Assembly (NCBI GenBank): GCA_965203055.1
Contig: OZ241863.1
Coordinates: 3,040,001 to 3,104,000, forward strand
DNA: 64,000 nt
Source of the DNA: Spirochaetia bacterium
GTDB taxonomy: Bacteria; Spirochaetota; Spirochaetia; SZUA-6; Bin103
Direction: 5' to 3'
A model generated the notes under the pieces. The model was given only the letters and a program-made list of their open reading frames with translations. It had not been told where the DNA came from and ran no database searches. Shown piece after piece: positions 39,301 through 49,181 of this stretch. Each line of letters opens with the position of its first letter. The stretch's first letter is position 1. The position numbers and the translations under genes are program-made.

Positions 39301-41250
39301 CTACTCGAAGAAGAACTGCTCGGCCGCGAACCAGGTGGCCGACGACTTGCCGGACACCGCCAGATTGCCCAGGTTCTCGGGAATGATCACCGGCCCCACC
39401 ACGTCGCGCGCCAGCGGGAACATCGGGACGTGGGTGTTCATCCAGGTGCTGAACGCGTCCACCGCCTGCATCGCCTGGTCGGAGGTGGGCAGCTCCGCGG
39501 TGAAGGTGCCGTACAGATCGTACAGTTCCTTGATCCAGACCGGCGGTTCCTCGCCCTGCGCGCCGCCGGTTCCCAGCCAGCTATGCCAGCCCTGGCCCCA
39601 GCGCGACCGCGTGTTGGGCAGGTAGTCCACCATCAGGATCGGCCAGTTCACGTCGTCCAGCCAGGACAGCGTGGCGTAGAGCTGGCCGGCGTCGCGGCGC
39701 TCGATCCAGAGTTGGCGCGCGATCAGCTTCATCGGCGTGCGGATGCCCACCGCTTCCAGGTCGGCGGTGATCAACTCGCCCATCTTCTCCCAGTCGGCGG
39801 CGCCTTCGATAATCTCGAACACGAGCTGGAACTGCTCGCCGTCGGGGCCGAGGCGGAATCCGTCGGCGTCCTTCCGGTCCAGGCCGATCTCGTCCAGGAT
39901 GCGGTTCGCCTCCGCCGGGTCGTAGTCCGGCTTGATCCACGGGTTGGGCTCGCCCAGGCCGAGGAACATCACGTCGATGATGTTCTGGTAGTTGATCGCC
40001 TTGTTGACGGCATGCCGGAAGCGCGGGTTCCACACCACCTCGCGCCACGTCTCGTCGGGATTCAGGTAGTTCAGAAACAGCGCCACCGGAGCGTTGTGGT
40101 ACACCAGGTTGGTGTACACCCGGTATCCGCCGCGCTCCTCGTTCTCCTTGAGCAGCGGCACCTTGTCGTGGGCGATCAGGTCGCGGTTCAGGTTGACGTC
40201 GCCGGCGATCACCTTGAGCGGGATGTTCTCCGCCTTGGCCACGATCACCGACTCGTAGCGGTCGACGTAGGGGAGCTGATTGCCGGCCGCGTCCACCTTG
40301 TAGTAGTAGGGGTTGCGCTCCATCACCATCAGGTCCTGCGGCGAGTCGACCCGCACCCACGGTCCCAGGGTGGGGAAGCCGGCGGCCTCGCTGCGCATGT
40401 TCTCGTGCCACAGAATGTCCTTCTGCAGGAACAGGCGGTGCCATTCATCGCTCTCCAGGCCCGCTTCCCGGAGGTTGGCGGCCAGGGTGGCGGCGTCGGC
40501 GTGGTTCTTGTGGTACTGCATCAGCACGTGGCGCGGCTTGAGCAGCTCGTTGTAACCGCCCCACAGCGCCCCTACGCCCATCGCGATCACGAACCGGCCG
40601 TACTGCCGGTCGAAGCTGATGCGGAAGGCGTGATCGTCGACGATCTCGAACGTCATCGGCGTGCCGTCGGGCTGGCCCGCGGCCTTGTAGCGCGCAGGCA
40701 GCGCCGGCGTCAGGGCGTCGACGAACAACACGTCCTCTACCGCGAAGCGCATGTCCTCGGTGGTGATCGGCGTGCCGTCCGACCACTTCAACCCGCGCCG
40801 CAGGGTGAAGGTGAACACCCGATTGTCGGCGTCCACCTCGAAGCTCTCCGCCACGTTGCCCATGATCGGCGCCACGGTATGCGCCGGGCTCATCAGGAAG
40901 TGCTCCATGGCCGCGTCGCGCAGGTTCCAGTCCAGCTCGGGATTGGCGGTCACCGAACGCAGCGTGCCGCCGTACTTGCCAATCTCGACCGTGAGATCCT
41001 CCGCCCGCACCATGGTGCCGGTGGTGACCACCAGCGGATTTTCGGGCAGCCGCTCCTCTACCGGCGGCAGTTCGCCCGCCGCCACCATCGCGGCCAGGGC
41101 CGGCGCCTCGCCGAACGCGCCGCGTTCCATGGTCGCCGCGCCGGTGGCCGCGGCCGCGCCCTCCTCGCCCTCGCCGCCGGCCCAGGCGACCAGCGCCGGC
41201 GCCGCGCCGAGCAGCGCTGCGCATACGATCCGAATGAACGATCGTGACAT
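39301..41250 (-). CDS. ABC substrate-binding protein, family 5
   Basis: AAGGAGG RBS; GELPPVEERLP, WSDG, RNPYYYKVD..GNQLPY. Confidence 0.92.
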   Translation of the reverse strand: MSRSFIRIVCAALLGAAPALVAWAGGEGEEGAAAATGAATMERGAFGEAPALAAMVAAGELPPVEERLPENPLVVTTGTMVRAEDLTVEIGKYGGTLRSVTANPELDWNLRDAAMEHFLMSPAHTVAPIMGNVAESFEVDADNRVFTFTLRRGLKWSDGTPITTEDMRFAVEDVLFVDALTPALPARYKAAGQPDGTPMTFEIVDDHAFRISFDRQYGRFVIAMGVGALWGGYNELLKPRHVLMQYHKNHADAATLAANLREAGLESDEWHRLFLQKDILWHENMRSEAAGFPTLGPWVRVDSPQDLMVMERNPYYYKVDAAGNQLPYVDRYESVIVAKAENIPLKVIAGDVNLNRDLIAHDKVPLLKENEERGGYRVYTNLVYHNAPVALFLNYLNPDETWREVVWNPRFRHAVNKAINYQNIIDVMFLGLGEPNPWIKPDYDPAEANRILDEIGLDRKDADGFRLGPDGEQFQLVFEIIEGAADWEKMGELITADLEAVGIRTPMKLIARQLWIERRDAGQLYATLSWLDDVNWPILMVDYLPNTRSRWGQGWHSWLGTGGAQGEEPPVWIKELYDLYGTFTAELPTSDQAMQAVDAFSTWMNTHVPMFPLARDVVGPVIIPENLGNLAVSGKSSATWFAAEQFFFE

Positions 41251-41441
41251 AGGTCAGGGTTCCTCCTTGAGGTAGTAATTGAGTGAGTGACAGTTAAAGC
41301 CTGCCGCTCCGCATCTGGTCAAGCTGCCGCCCCTCCACTATCATCCGGGGACCGTGCCGGGACTAGCCAGGTGAACTCAATGCGCAACAAGCCTATGACC
41401 GCAGCCCCGGGAGTGCGGCCCCTGCGCCGGGCGGCCCGGGC

Positions 41442-42410
41442 GTGAGCGCCGGCCACGCGGCGGCGCATCCCCGGGTGGCCGCGGCGGCGCGGCCGCGGTT
41501 GCTGCTGCGCCTGTATCAGCACCGCGTCAGCTATCTGCTGCTGCTGCCGGCGCTGGCGGCGGTCACCATCTTCGCCTACCGCACCTACCCCTGGGTGTTG
41601 ATGTCGTTCCAGGACTTCACCTTCAAGCGCGGCCTGCTCGGCAGCGACTGGGTCGGCCTGCTCCACTTCCGGGAGATGTTCGCCAACCCGGTGTTCTACC
41701 GCGCGGTGCGCAACACTCTGGTAATAAACTTCCTCACCTTCCTGGTGGGCATTCCCGCGCCGATCATCTTCGCGCTGCTGCTCAACGAACTGCGCCAGCG
41801 GCTGTTCAAGCGGGTTACCCAGACCATCACCTATCTGCCCCACTTCCTTTCCTGGGTGATTACCGCCGGTCTGTTCTATCAACTGCTCAACGTCGATACC
41901 GGCCTGATCAACCTCGCCATCCGCGGCCTGGGGCTGCAGCCGGTGGCGTTCTTCCGCGAGCCCGAGCTGTTCTGGCCGATCATGGTGGGCGTCTCGATAT
42001 GGAAGGAGGTGGGCTGGACTTCGATCATCTATCTCGGCGCGCTGTCGGCGATCAACGCCGAGCTGTACGAGGCCGCCACCATCGACGGCGCCAACCGCTG
42101 GCAGCAGGTGTGGCACGTCACGGTGCCGGGCTTGCTGGGCACCATGGCGGTGGTGCTGATCCTCACTGCCGGTCAGATCATCCGCGGCGGCGGCATCATT
42201 CCGGACTTCGAGGCCATCTTCAACATGCGCAATCCGCTGGTGGCGATGCGCTCCGATACCGTCGCGGTGCATACCTACCTGGAGGGAGTGCTGCACTCGC
42301 GCTACGCCTACGGCACCGCGGTGGGGCTGGCCGAGTCGGTGTTCGCACTGGTGGCGGTGGTGTCCGCCAACTGGTTGGCCAAGCGGTTCCGCGGTTCGGG
42401 GGTGTTCTAA
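41442..42410 (+). CDS. Carbohydrate ABC permease (LplB-like)
   Basis: LYEAATIDGANRWQ. Confidence 0.92.
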   Translation: MSAGHAAAHPRVAAAARPRLLLRLYQHRVSYLLLLPALAAVTIFAYRTYPWVLMSFQDFTFKRGLLGSDWVGLLHFREMFANPVFYRAVRNTLVINFLTFLVGIPAPIIFALLLNELRQRLFKRVTQTITYLPHFLSWVITAGLFYQLLNVDTGLINLAIRGLGLQPVAFFREPELFWPIMVGVSIWKEVGWTSIIYLGALSAINAELYEAATIDGANRWQQVWHVTVPGLLGTMAVVLILTAGQIIRGGGIIPDFEAIFNMRNPLVAMRSDTVAVHTYLEGVLHSRYAYGTAVGLAESVFALVAVVSANWLAKRFRGSGVF

Positions 42411-42414
42411 GACG

Positions 42415-43302
42415 GTGCAGGGCCGCTCTTCCGCAGAACGCATATTCGCCGGCGCCAACGTCATCTTCTTCCTGTTCTTCTGCGCCATCACCATCTACCC
42501 GTTCATCAATGCAATCGCCTATTCGCTGTCCTCGGCCGACGGCGTGCGGCGCAACATCATCACCTTCCTGCCGTATGGCCTGACGCTGGAGAACTACGGC
42601 ATCATCTTCCGCCGCGCGGACATTCTCCGGGCCAGCGGCATCTCGCTCGCGCGCACGGTGCTGGGCACCCTCTACGCGATCGTCATCACCACGCTCGCCG
42701 CCTATGCCCTGCTCGACCGGCGGCTGCCGCTGCGGCGTCCGATCACCATCTATCTGATCATCCCGATGTACGTGTACGCCGGGCTGATCCCCTACTTCGT
42801 GCTGATCTACGATCTCAAGTTGATGAACAACTTCCTGGTGTACGTGCTGCCGCATGGCTTCTGGGCCTTCAACATGATTCTGATTCGCACCTACATGGAA
42901 TCGATCCCCGACAGCCTCGTGGAGTCGGCCAAGATCGACGGCGCCCGGGAGTTGACTATCATGACGCGCATCGTGGTCCCGCTGTCGTTGCCGATCATCG
43001 CCGTGATCTGCCTGTTCCTCGCGGTGTGGCAGTGGAACTCCTGGTTCGACGCCATGCTCTTCGTCACCCGGCCGGAGCTGCAGCCGTTGGCCATCATGTT
43101 GCGCAAGATCCTGCTCCAGGAAGTGGTCGCCGACGCCTCCTCGATGATGTCGCTCACGCGGGTGGACGCGGTGCGCAAGGTGAGCAGCGAAGGCGTCAAG
43201 ATGGCAACCCTGATCGTCGCCACGCTGCCGATCATATTCGCGTATCCGTTCTTCCAACGCTACTTCATCAAGGGCATCATGATCGGGGCAGTAAAAGAAT
43301 GA
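42415..43302 (+). CDS. Carbohydrate ABC permease (LplC-like)
   Basis: LVESAKIDGA, WNSWFD, YPFFQRYFIKG. Confidence 0.92.
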   Translation: MQGRSSAERIFAGANVIFFLFFCAITIYPFINAIAYSLSSADGVRRNIITFLPYGLTLENYGIIFRRADILRASGISLARTVLGTLYAIVITTLAAYALLDRRLPLRRPITIYLIIPMYVYAGLIPYFVLIYDLKLMNNFLVYVLPHGFWAFNMILIRTYMESIPDSLVESAKIDGARELTIMTRIVVPLSLPIIAVICLFLAVWQWNSWFDAMLFVTRPELQPLAIMLRKILLQEVVADASSMMSLTRVDAVRKVSSEGVKMATLIVATLPIIFAYPFFQRYFIKGIMIGAVKE

Positions 43303-43370
43303 GCAACAGGAGCCCGCAGCCGCGGGCGTTCGCCTCGGAACAAGCGCGCAATCACGCAACAGGAGGATTG

Positions 43371-45131
43371 ATGATGAAACGCCTTGGTATTCTGATAATG
43401 ACGCTGGCGCTGGCCGCGCCGTTCGCGCTCCTGGCCGGCGGAACTGAAGAACAGACCGCGGTCGGCGAAGATGAGTGGGCGGAATATGAAGTATTCATGT
43501 TCACCCGCTTCGAGAACCTGTGGATGAACAATCCGGGGGACGTCGTCACCCCGTACATAGAGGAGAAGTTCAAGCTGCGCATCAGCGACCTGCAATGGCA
43601 GGGCGAGATGACGGCGCAGCAACGCATCGCCCAATACGCCGCCACCGGATCGTGGCCGGACGTGTTCATCGGCGACCCCAACTTCCTGCAGCTCATGCTC
43701 AAGCAGGATGAGCACATGGACCTGACCGAGCTGGTGCCGCAGTACATGCCCACCTACTGGAACGAGGTGATGACCGACGTCGATAAGCAGCTCAACTACG
43801 GCATGAGCGGCGGCGACGGCAAGATCGCGTTCATCTACAAGCACAGCCTGCATCCGTTCGACCCGGCGAAGGACGACGATCCCTACACCGTGTTCAACCG
43901 CAGCTCGCACGCCCTGCAGACGCGCGAGGATCTGTTGACCGCGGCGGGGTATACCTTCAAGCCGATGGCCGAAATCGTGGCCGAGGCGCAGCGCACCGGC
44001 AAACCGCCGAGCCGGGAAGACTTCGCCCTCGATCCACCCATCGACACGCCGGAGCAACTCACCGAGTACCTGCGCAAGATCAAGGCGATGAACCTGACCA
44101 TGAACAACGCGCCGGTCTACCCGATCACCTGGGACTGGTCGATGTTTCACATTGGCACGATGTACGACTGGGGGCACTGGAAGTACAACTTCGAGACCCG
44201 GACCGCGGACGGCTACCTGGGCAGTCCGGGGGCCAAGGAATGGTTCTGGCTGGTCAATCGCTGGTACCAGGAAGGGCTCGTGGATCCTGACTTCCTGGTC
44301 GACAAGAAGGCGCAGATTCGCCAGAAGTACGCCGGCGGCCGGATCGGCACGTTCTTCGACGTGTACGACCTGCCGGGGACCATCCGCGCGCTCAAGGCGC
44401 TCGATTCAAGCTACGTCATGCGCCCGATACCGATGGTCGAGGCCGATCCCTCCAACCACGGCTATTGGGACGCCTATGTGCCCGGTTGGTTCGACGTCGT
44501 GCTGAGCGCCGACCTGGATGAGTCGATTGCGATCCGGCTGCTGAAGATGTGGGACTGGATGTACACCCGCGAAGGGATGGAGATCCTGACCTGGGGGCCA
44601 CCCGACAGCGGCTTGTGGGAGCTCCGCGACGGGGTCAAGGTGTTCACCGATCCGGCGGTATGGGAAGCGGGGCGCACCATGAGCGAAGGCCAGGGCGGAC
44701 CGGAGGAGTATGGACTGCAGGCCCTGCGCGGCCATACCGAGGGCGACATGTGGTCGCGCATCGCCAATGCGAGCGCCGGCCCGCAAGCCGCCCGCTTCTT
44801 CCCTTCCAGCATCCAACGCAGCTATCCGCTGGATATCAACGATACGCTGGTCTACAACGCCGGCAAGGTACTGACCGGGTTCAGCCACCACCGTCCGCTG
44901 CGCGGCAACGTGAGTTACGGCGTGGGCGAGGTGGTCGGCAAGACTTCCGACTACTACTGGGGCGACTTCCGCACCGGGCTCAATCAGGACTTGACGTCGT
45001 TGATCAACGCCGAAACGCGGCAGGAGTACGATGCCGCATGGGAGGACGTGTTCTCCCGCTTCAAGCGCACCACCCGCTACGACGAGGCGCAACAGATCAT
45101 GACCGAGTATTTTCAGAGCTACCTGGAGTAG
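43371..45131 (+). CDS. Carbohydrate ABC substrate-binding protein (divergent family 1)
   Basis: AGGAGG before ATG 43371; signal peptide; ATGSWPD, WYQEGLVDPD. Confidence 0.8.
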   Translation: MMKRLGILIMTLALAAPFALLAGGTEEQTAVGEDEWAEYEVFMFTRFENLWMNNPGDVVTPYIEEKFKLRISDLQWQGEMTAQQRIAQYAATGSWPDVFIGDPNFLQLMLKQDEHMDLTELVPQYMPTYWNEVMTDVDKQLNYGMSGGDGKIAFIYKHSLHPFDPAKDDDPYTVFNRSSHALQTREDLLTAAGYTFKPMAEIVAEAQRTGKPPSREDFALDPPIDTPEQLTEYLRKIKAMNLTMNNAPVYPITWDWSMFHIGTMYDWGHWKYNFETRTADGYLGSPGAKEWFWLVNRWYQEGLVDPDFLVDKKAQIRQKYAGGRIGTFFDVYDLPGTIRALKALDSSYVMRPIPMVEADPSNHGYWDAYVPGWFDVVLSADLDESIAIRLLKMWDWMYTREGMEILTWGPPDSGLWELRDGVKVFTDPAVWEAGRTMSEGQGGPEEYGLQALRGHTEGDMWSRIANASAGPQAARFFPSSIQRSYPLDINDTLVYNAGKVLTGFSHHRPLRGNVSYGVGEVVGKTSDYYWGDFRTGLNQDLTSLINAETRQEYDAAWEDVFSRFKRTTRYDEAQQIMTEYFQSYLE

Positions 45132-45222
45132 CGGAGTCACCGCATCCGGGGGCGGGGCGGCGGCGTGGTTACCGCGCCGCTCCCCGCCGTTTCGCAAGGA
45201 TTTCGCAGCAAGGATACTGCAG

Positions 45223-46107
45223 ATGGCCAACGAGCAAACGGTGCGGCCGGCGCTGGCGGCCGCCGACTGGGAGCGGCTGAACGCCGCGCCGCTGCCTGAC
45301 CTGGACGGCGAATACCCGCTCAGCGAGGCGCAGGTGGAGCGCTTCCGGGAGCAGGGATTCATCGTCCTGGAAGGGGTGCTGGACCGCGCCGAGATCACCG
45401 CCTACGGGGAGGCGATCCGCGCCGTCGCCATGGCCCACTTCCGCGCCCGCGGGCTGGCCGCGTCGTTCGGCGGCGCCTTCCTGCAGCAGCTCAACCTGCG
45501 CTACTGCTCCGACGCGGTGCGCAGCTTCGTGCTCAGCCCGCGCTTCGGGCGCATTGCCAGCCGCCTGCTGGGCGCGCCCGCGGTGCGCCTGTATCACGAG
45601 CAGGCGCTGTTCAAGCCGCCGGGCGGGATCGACTCGCACTGGCACCAGGACCAGTTCTACTTCCCGTTCGACGATACCTTCACCCTGGGAATGTGGATGC
45701 CGCTGGTGGACTGCTCGCCGGACATGGGGCCGCTGCGCTTCATCGCCGGCTCGCACAAGTACGGCAACCTGGAGGGCATGTCGATCAGCGAGGAGTCGAA
45801 GCACTTCTTCGACGACTTCGCCGCGCGCGAGGGGCTGCAGGTGGTGCAGGTGCCTGGGCTTCGGGCCGGCGACTGCTCGCTGCACCTGGGCTGGACCGTG
45901 CACGGCGCGCCGGCCAACCGCTCGGACAAGATGCGCGAGGCGATGACCGCCAACTACTTCCCCGACGGCGCGCGCATCACCGACCTGGCGCGCTCGCCGG
46001 ACGGGCTGCGCTTCGTGGGCGGCCTGCTGCCCGGCCAGCTCGCCACCAGCGCGATGAACCCGATCGTCTTTTCCGCCGCCGACGCGGCGGCGGCGGAGGG
46101 CGGCTGA
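45223..46107 (+). CDS. Phytanoyl-CoA dioxygenase (PhyH) family
   Basis: WHQD, GSH, HGAPAN.S...R. Confidence 0.9.
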   Translation: MANEQTVRPALAAADWERLNAAPLPDLDGEYPLSEAQVERFREQGFIVLEGVLDRAEITAYGEAIRAVAMAHFRARGLAASFGGAFLQQLNLRYCSDAVRSFVLSPRFGRIASRLLGAPAVRLYHEQALFKPPGGIDSHWHQDQFYFPFDDTFTLGMWMPLVDCSPDMGPLRFIAGSHKYGNLEGMSISEESKHFFDDFAAREGLQVVQVPGLRAGDCSLHLGWTVHGAPANRSDKMREAMTANYFPDGARITDLARSPDGLRFVGGLLPGQLATSAMNPIVFSAADAAAAEGG

Positions 46108-47645
46108 TGGAGCAGTGGAGCGCCGCGCGCGCGAACGAGTGGTTCGCTTCGATCCCGCTGCCGTTCGGCTGCAACTTCCTGCCGAGCAGCGCGGTGAATA
46201 GCACCGAGATGTGGCAGGCGGAGAGCTTCGACCCGGCCACCATCGAGCGCGAGCTGAGCTGGGCGGCCGGGCTCGGCTACAACACGGTGCGCGTGTTCCT
46301 GCAGTTCATGGTCTGGGAGGCGGACCCGGAGGGCCAGAAGGAGCGCCTGGAGACGTTCCTCAGGCTGGCTGACGCGGCCGGCATTTCGATGATGCCGATC
46401 CTGTTCGACGATTGCCGCTTCGACGACCGCGACCCCTACCCGGGGCGCCAGGATGAGCCCAAGCCGGGGGTGCACAACAGCCGCTGGACGCCGAGCCCCG
46501 GCTACGCCGCGGCCGACGACCCGGCGCGCTGGCCGCAGCTCGAAGCGTACGTGACCGACCTGGTGGGGGCGTTCGGCGGCGACCGCCGGGTGCTGGTGTG
46601 GGACCTGTACAACGAGCCGGGCGGGGCGCGCCCCCAGGCCAGCCTGCCGCTGCTGGAGGCGGCGTTCCGCTGGGCGCGCGCCGCGCGGCCGCGCCAGCCG
46701 CTGACCGTGGGGTCATTCTTCTGGGACGACTACATGACCGAGATTCGGCTTCGCGGCGAACGCAACTCCGACGTGGTGTCGTTCCACAGCTACGGCAACC
46801 TCAACGAAATCGGGGAGCGGCTCGACGAGCTGGCGCGGTACGGGCGGCCGCTGCTGTGCACCGAATGGCTGGCGCGCCACCACGGCTCCAAGTTCGCCAG
46901 CCACCTGCCGCTGTTCCGCGACCGCAACGTCGGCAGCTATCAGTGGGGGCTGGTGGCCGGGCGCACTCAGACCTTCCTGCACTGGTACACGCGCTACAGC
47001 CCGGAGCCGGCGCCGCCGGAGCCGCGCCTGTGGCTGCACGACGTGCTGCGGCGCGACGGCTCGCTGTACGATCCCGCGGAAGCCGCGCCGCTGCGCGCGC
47101 ACGCCGGCGAGGAGCTGGCGCTGGAACCGGCGCCAATGACGCCGGAGCTGATGGCCGACCTGGAGCGGCGCGGGCTGATCATCCGCCTGCGGCCCGGCGC
47201 CCATGACCTGGCGGCGCGGCCGGGCGAGACCCTCGGCGAGTCGATCTACGAGAGCGCTGGCCGGTACGGCCCGCACAAGCTGATCGCGGTCACCGTGAAC
47301 CGCGCCGAGTTCGCGGCCTTCGGCACCCATCCCGACAACGAGGAGTTCCTGTTGCTCGGCAACCCCGACAGCCAGCCGCTGTACCTTGCGGTGGCGCTGT
47401 GCCTGCGGGAGGAGTTCGAGGACAAGGTGAAGAGCGGCCGGCTGACCGCCGCGGACCTGGTGATGATCGAGTGCCGTTACAACGACCCGGAGGTGAGTTT
47501 CTTCGTGATGCGCGCCGGCGTGCCGCACGGCGAGGCGGTGATGCCGGCGGCGGGCAAGCCGGCGCCCAGCTTCTACGTCACCGAATCGCGCGACCTGCCG
47601 CTGGACCTGCTCGACCTGCGCAAGTACCGCCTGTCCGCGACCTGA
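46107..47645 (+). CDS. Clan GH-A (GH5-like) glycoside hydrolase fused to a C-terminal cupin-like domain
   Basis: WDLYNEP (acid/base) and LCTEW (nucleophile). The last ~175 aa carry HPDNEEF...PHGE. Confidence 0.75.
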   Translation: MEQWSAARANEWFASIPLPFGCNFLPSSAVNSTEMWQAESFDPATIERELSWAAGLGYNTVRVFLQFMVWEADPEGQKERLETFLRLADAAGISMMPILFDDCRFDDRDPYPGRQDEPKPGVHNSRWTPSPGYAAADDPARWPQLEAYVTDLVGAFGGDRRVLVWDLYNEPGGARPQASLPLLEAAFRWARAARPRQPLTVGSFFWDDYMTEIRLRGERNSDVVSFHSYGNLNEIGERLDELARYGRPLLCTEWLARHHGSKFASHLPLFRDRNVGSYQWGLVAGRTQTFLHWYTRYSPEPAPPEPRLWLHDVLRRDGSLYDPAEAAPLRAHAGEELALEPAPMTPELMADLERRGLIIRLRPGAHDLAARPGETLGESIYESAGRYGPHKLIAVTVNRAEFAAFGTHPDNEEFLLLGNPDSQPLYLAVALCLREEFEDKVKSGRLTAADLVMIECRYNDPEVSFFVMRAGVPHGEAVMPAAGKPAPSFYVTESRDLPLDLLDLRKYRLSAT

Positions 47646-47661
47646 AAAAGGGCCGGTTCGG

Positions 47662-48348
47662 GTGGAACGGCCGCACTATCACCAACACCGCCGGCGGCTG
47701 CGCGAACGCTTCCTCAAGAGCGGCGTGGCCGGGTTCGCCGAGCATGAGGTCATCGAGCTGATCCTGACGCTGGCCATTCCCCGCCGCGACGTAAAGGAAC
47801 CCGCCAAGGCGCTGCTCGCGCGCTTCGGCAACCTGCGCGGCGTCATGGATGCGCCGCGTTCCGAATTGCAGGCCGTAGCGGGCGTGGGCGAAGTCGCCGC
47901 AACCGCGCTGCAAGTCATACGCGCGGTCGCCACGCTCTACCTGCAGCAGGCGTCCGAGGACGAAGCGGAAGCGCTGAGCGATCCCCGGCGGCTGAGCGAC
48001 TTCTGGCGCATGCGGATCGGCGCCCTGAAGCACGAAGTGTTCGCCGTGGCATATCTGGATTCGGCGGGCCGGCTGCTCCGCGACGGCGTGGAGACCCTGC
48101 AGGAGGGCACCATCGACCGCGCCGCGGTGTATCCCCGCCGGGTGGCGGCGGCCGCGCTCCGGCGGGAGGCGGCGGCCATCGTGCTGGCGCACAATCATCC
48201 GAACGGCCTGCTGCAGCCGAGCGAGCACGACAAGCTGATCACGCGCGCGATCGTGCTGGCCGCCGAGACCGTCGGGCTGCGCGTCGTCGATCACCTGATC
48301 GTGGCCGCGCAGGACACCTTCAGCTTCCGGCAGGCCGGCCTGCTGTGA
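47662..48348 (+). CDS. radC: RadC family JAB/MPN domain protein
   Basis: HRRRLRERF, HhH region, AHNHPNG...PSEHD, VVDHLIV. Confidence 0.92.
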   Translation: MERPHYHQHRRRLRERFLKSGVAGFAEHEVIELILTLAIPRRDVKEPAKALLARFGNLRGVMDAPRSELQAVAGVGEVAATALQVIRAVATLYLQQASEDEAEALSDPRRLSDFWRMRIGALKHEVFAVAYLDSAGRLLRDGVETLQEGTIDRAAVYPRRVAAAALRREAAAIVLAHNHPNGLLQPSEHDKLITRAIVLAAETVGLRVVDHLIVAAQDTFSFRQAGLL

Positions 48349-48431
48349 GCGCCGCCTGCCGTCCTGACGTTCGTTCGCTCGTCTCGACGGCGCCGGCCCG
48401 AAAAGGGTAGATTCCGGTCAGGAGAGTTGGA

Positions 48432-49172
48432 ATGCCGTTTACCGTCGAAGACTTCCAAGACTTGGTGCAACTGCTCGATGAGCGTCCGGAGTGGCGGTCG
48501 GAACTGCGTCGTCTGGTATTGAGCGACGAGTACCTGGCGCTGCCGGAGCAGCTTGCCGAGTTCCGGCGCGACATGGAACAGCGCTTTATCGAGGTCGAGA
48601 AGCAGATCGCCGACCTGCGGCGCGACATGGAGCAGCGTTTTTGCGAAGTCGAGAAGCAGATCGCTGAACTGCGGGGCGACACCGACGTCCACTTCCATCG
48701 TGTCAACGTGCAGATCGGGCAACTCAAGGGCGAGAACCTGGAGCGGCGCTACCGGGAACGCGCGCACGCCTACTTCGGCCGGCTGCTCCGCAAGGGCCGG
48801 GTGGTAGGGTCGCAAGAACTGTCCGATCTCCTGGAGGAAGCGGCCGACCGCGGCGTCCTGTCGCAGAGCGACCGGGAGGAGGTGGCGTGGGCCGATCTGA
48901 TCATGCGCGGCCGGTGGCGCGCTGACGGCCGGCAGGTCATGGTGCTCGCGGAGGTCTCGTGGGTCGTCGACCGCAACGACGTGCGGCGGGCCGTGGACCG
49001 GGCGGCGCTGCTGAGCCGGCTGGGCACGCCGGTGGTGCCGGTGGTCGCCGGAGACTCCGTCACCGAGCGCGCGGCGGACATGGCGCGCAGCCGCAACGTG
49101 TGGCAAATGCTCGATGGCCGATTGGTTGAACCGGATGGCATGAGCCAGACTGAGTTGGCAGCGCGTCCGTAA
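48432..49172 (+). CDS. Coiled-coil protein with probable PD-(D/E)XK-like C-terminal domain
   Basis: 18-aa (54-bp) tandem repeat RRDMEQRFxEVEKQIAxL; C-terminal ADLIMRG..VLAEVS..D..DV.RA..RA. Confidence 0.6.
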   Translation: MPFTVEDFQDLVQLLDERPEWRSELRRLVLSDEYLALPEQLAEFRRDMEQRFIEVEKQIADLRRDMEQRFCEVEKQIAELRGDTDVHFHRVNVQIGQLKGENLERRYRERAHAYFGRLLRKGRVVGSQELSDLLEEAADRGVLSQSDREEVAWADLIMRGRWRADGRQVMVLAEVSWVVDRNDVRRAVDRAALLSRLGTPVVPVVAGDSVTERAADMARSRNVWQMLDGRLVEPDGMSQTELAARP

Positions 49173-49181
49173 GCGGCCGCG

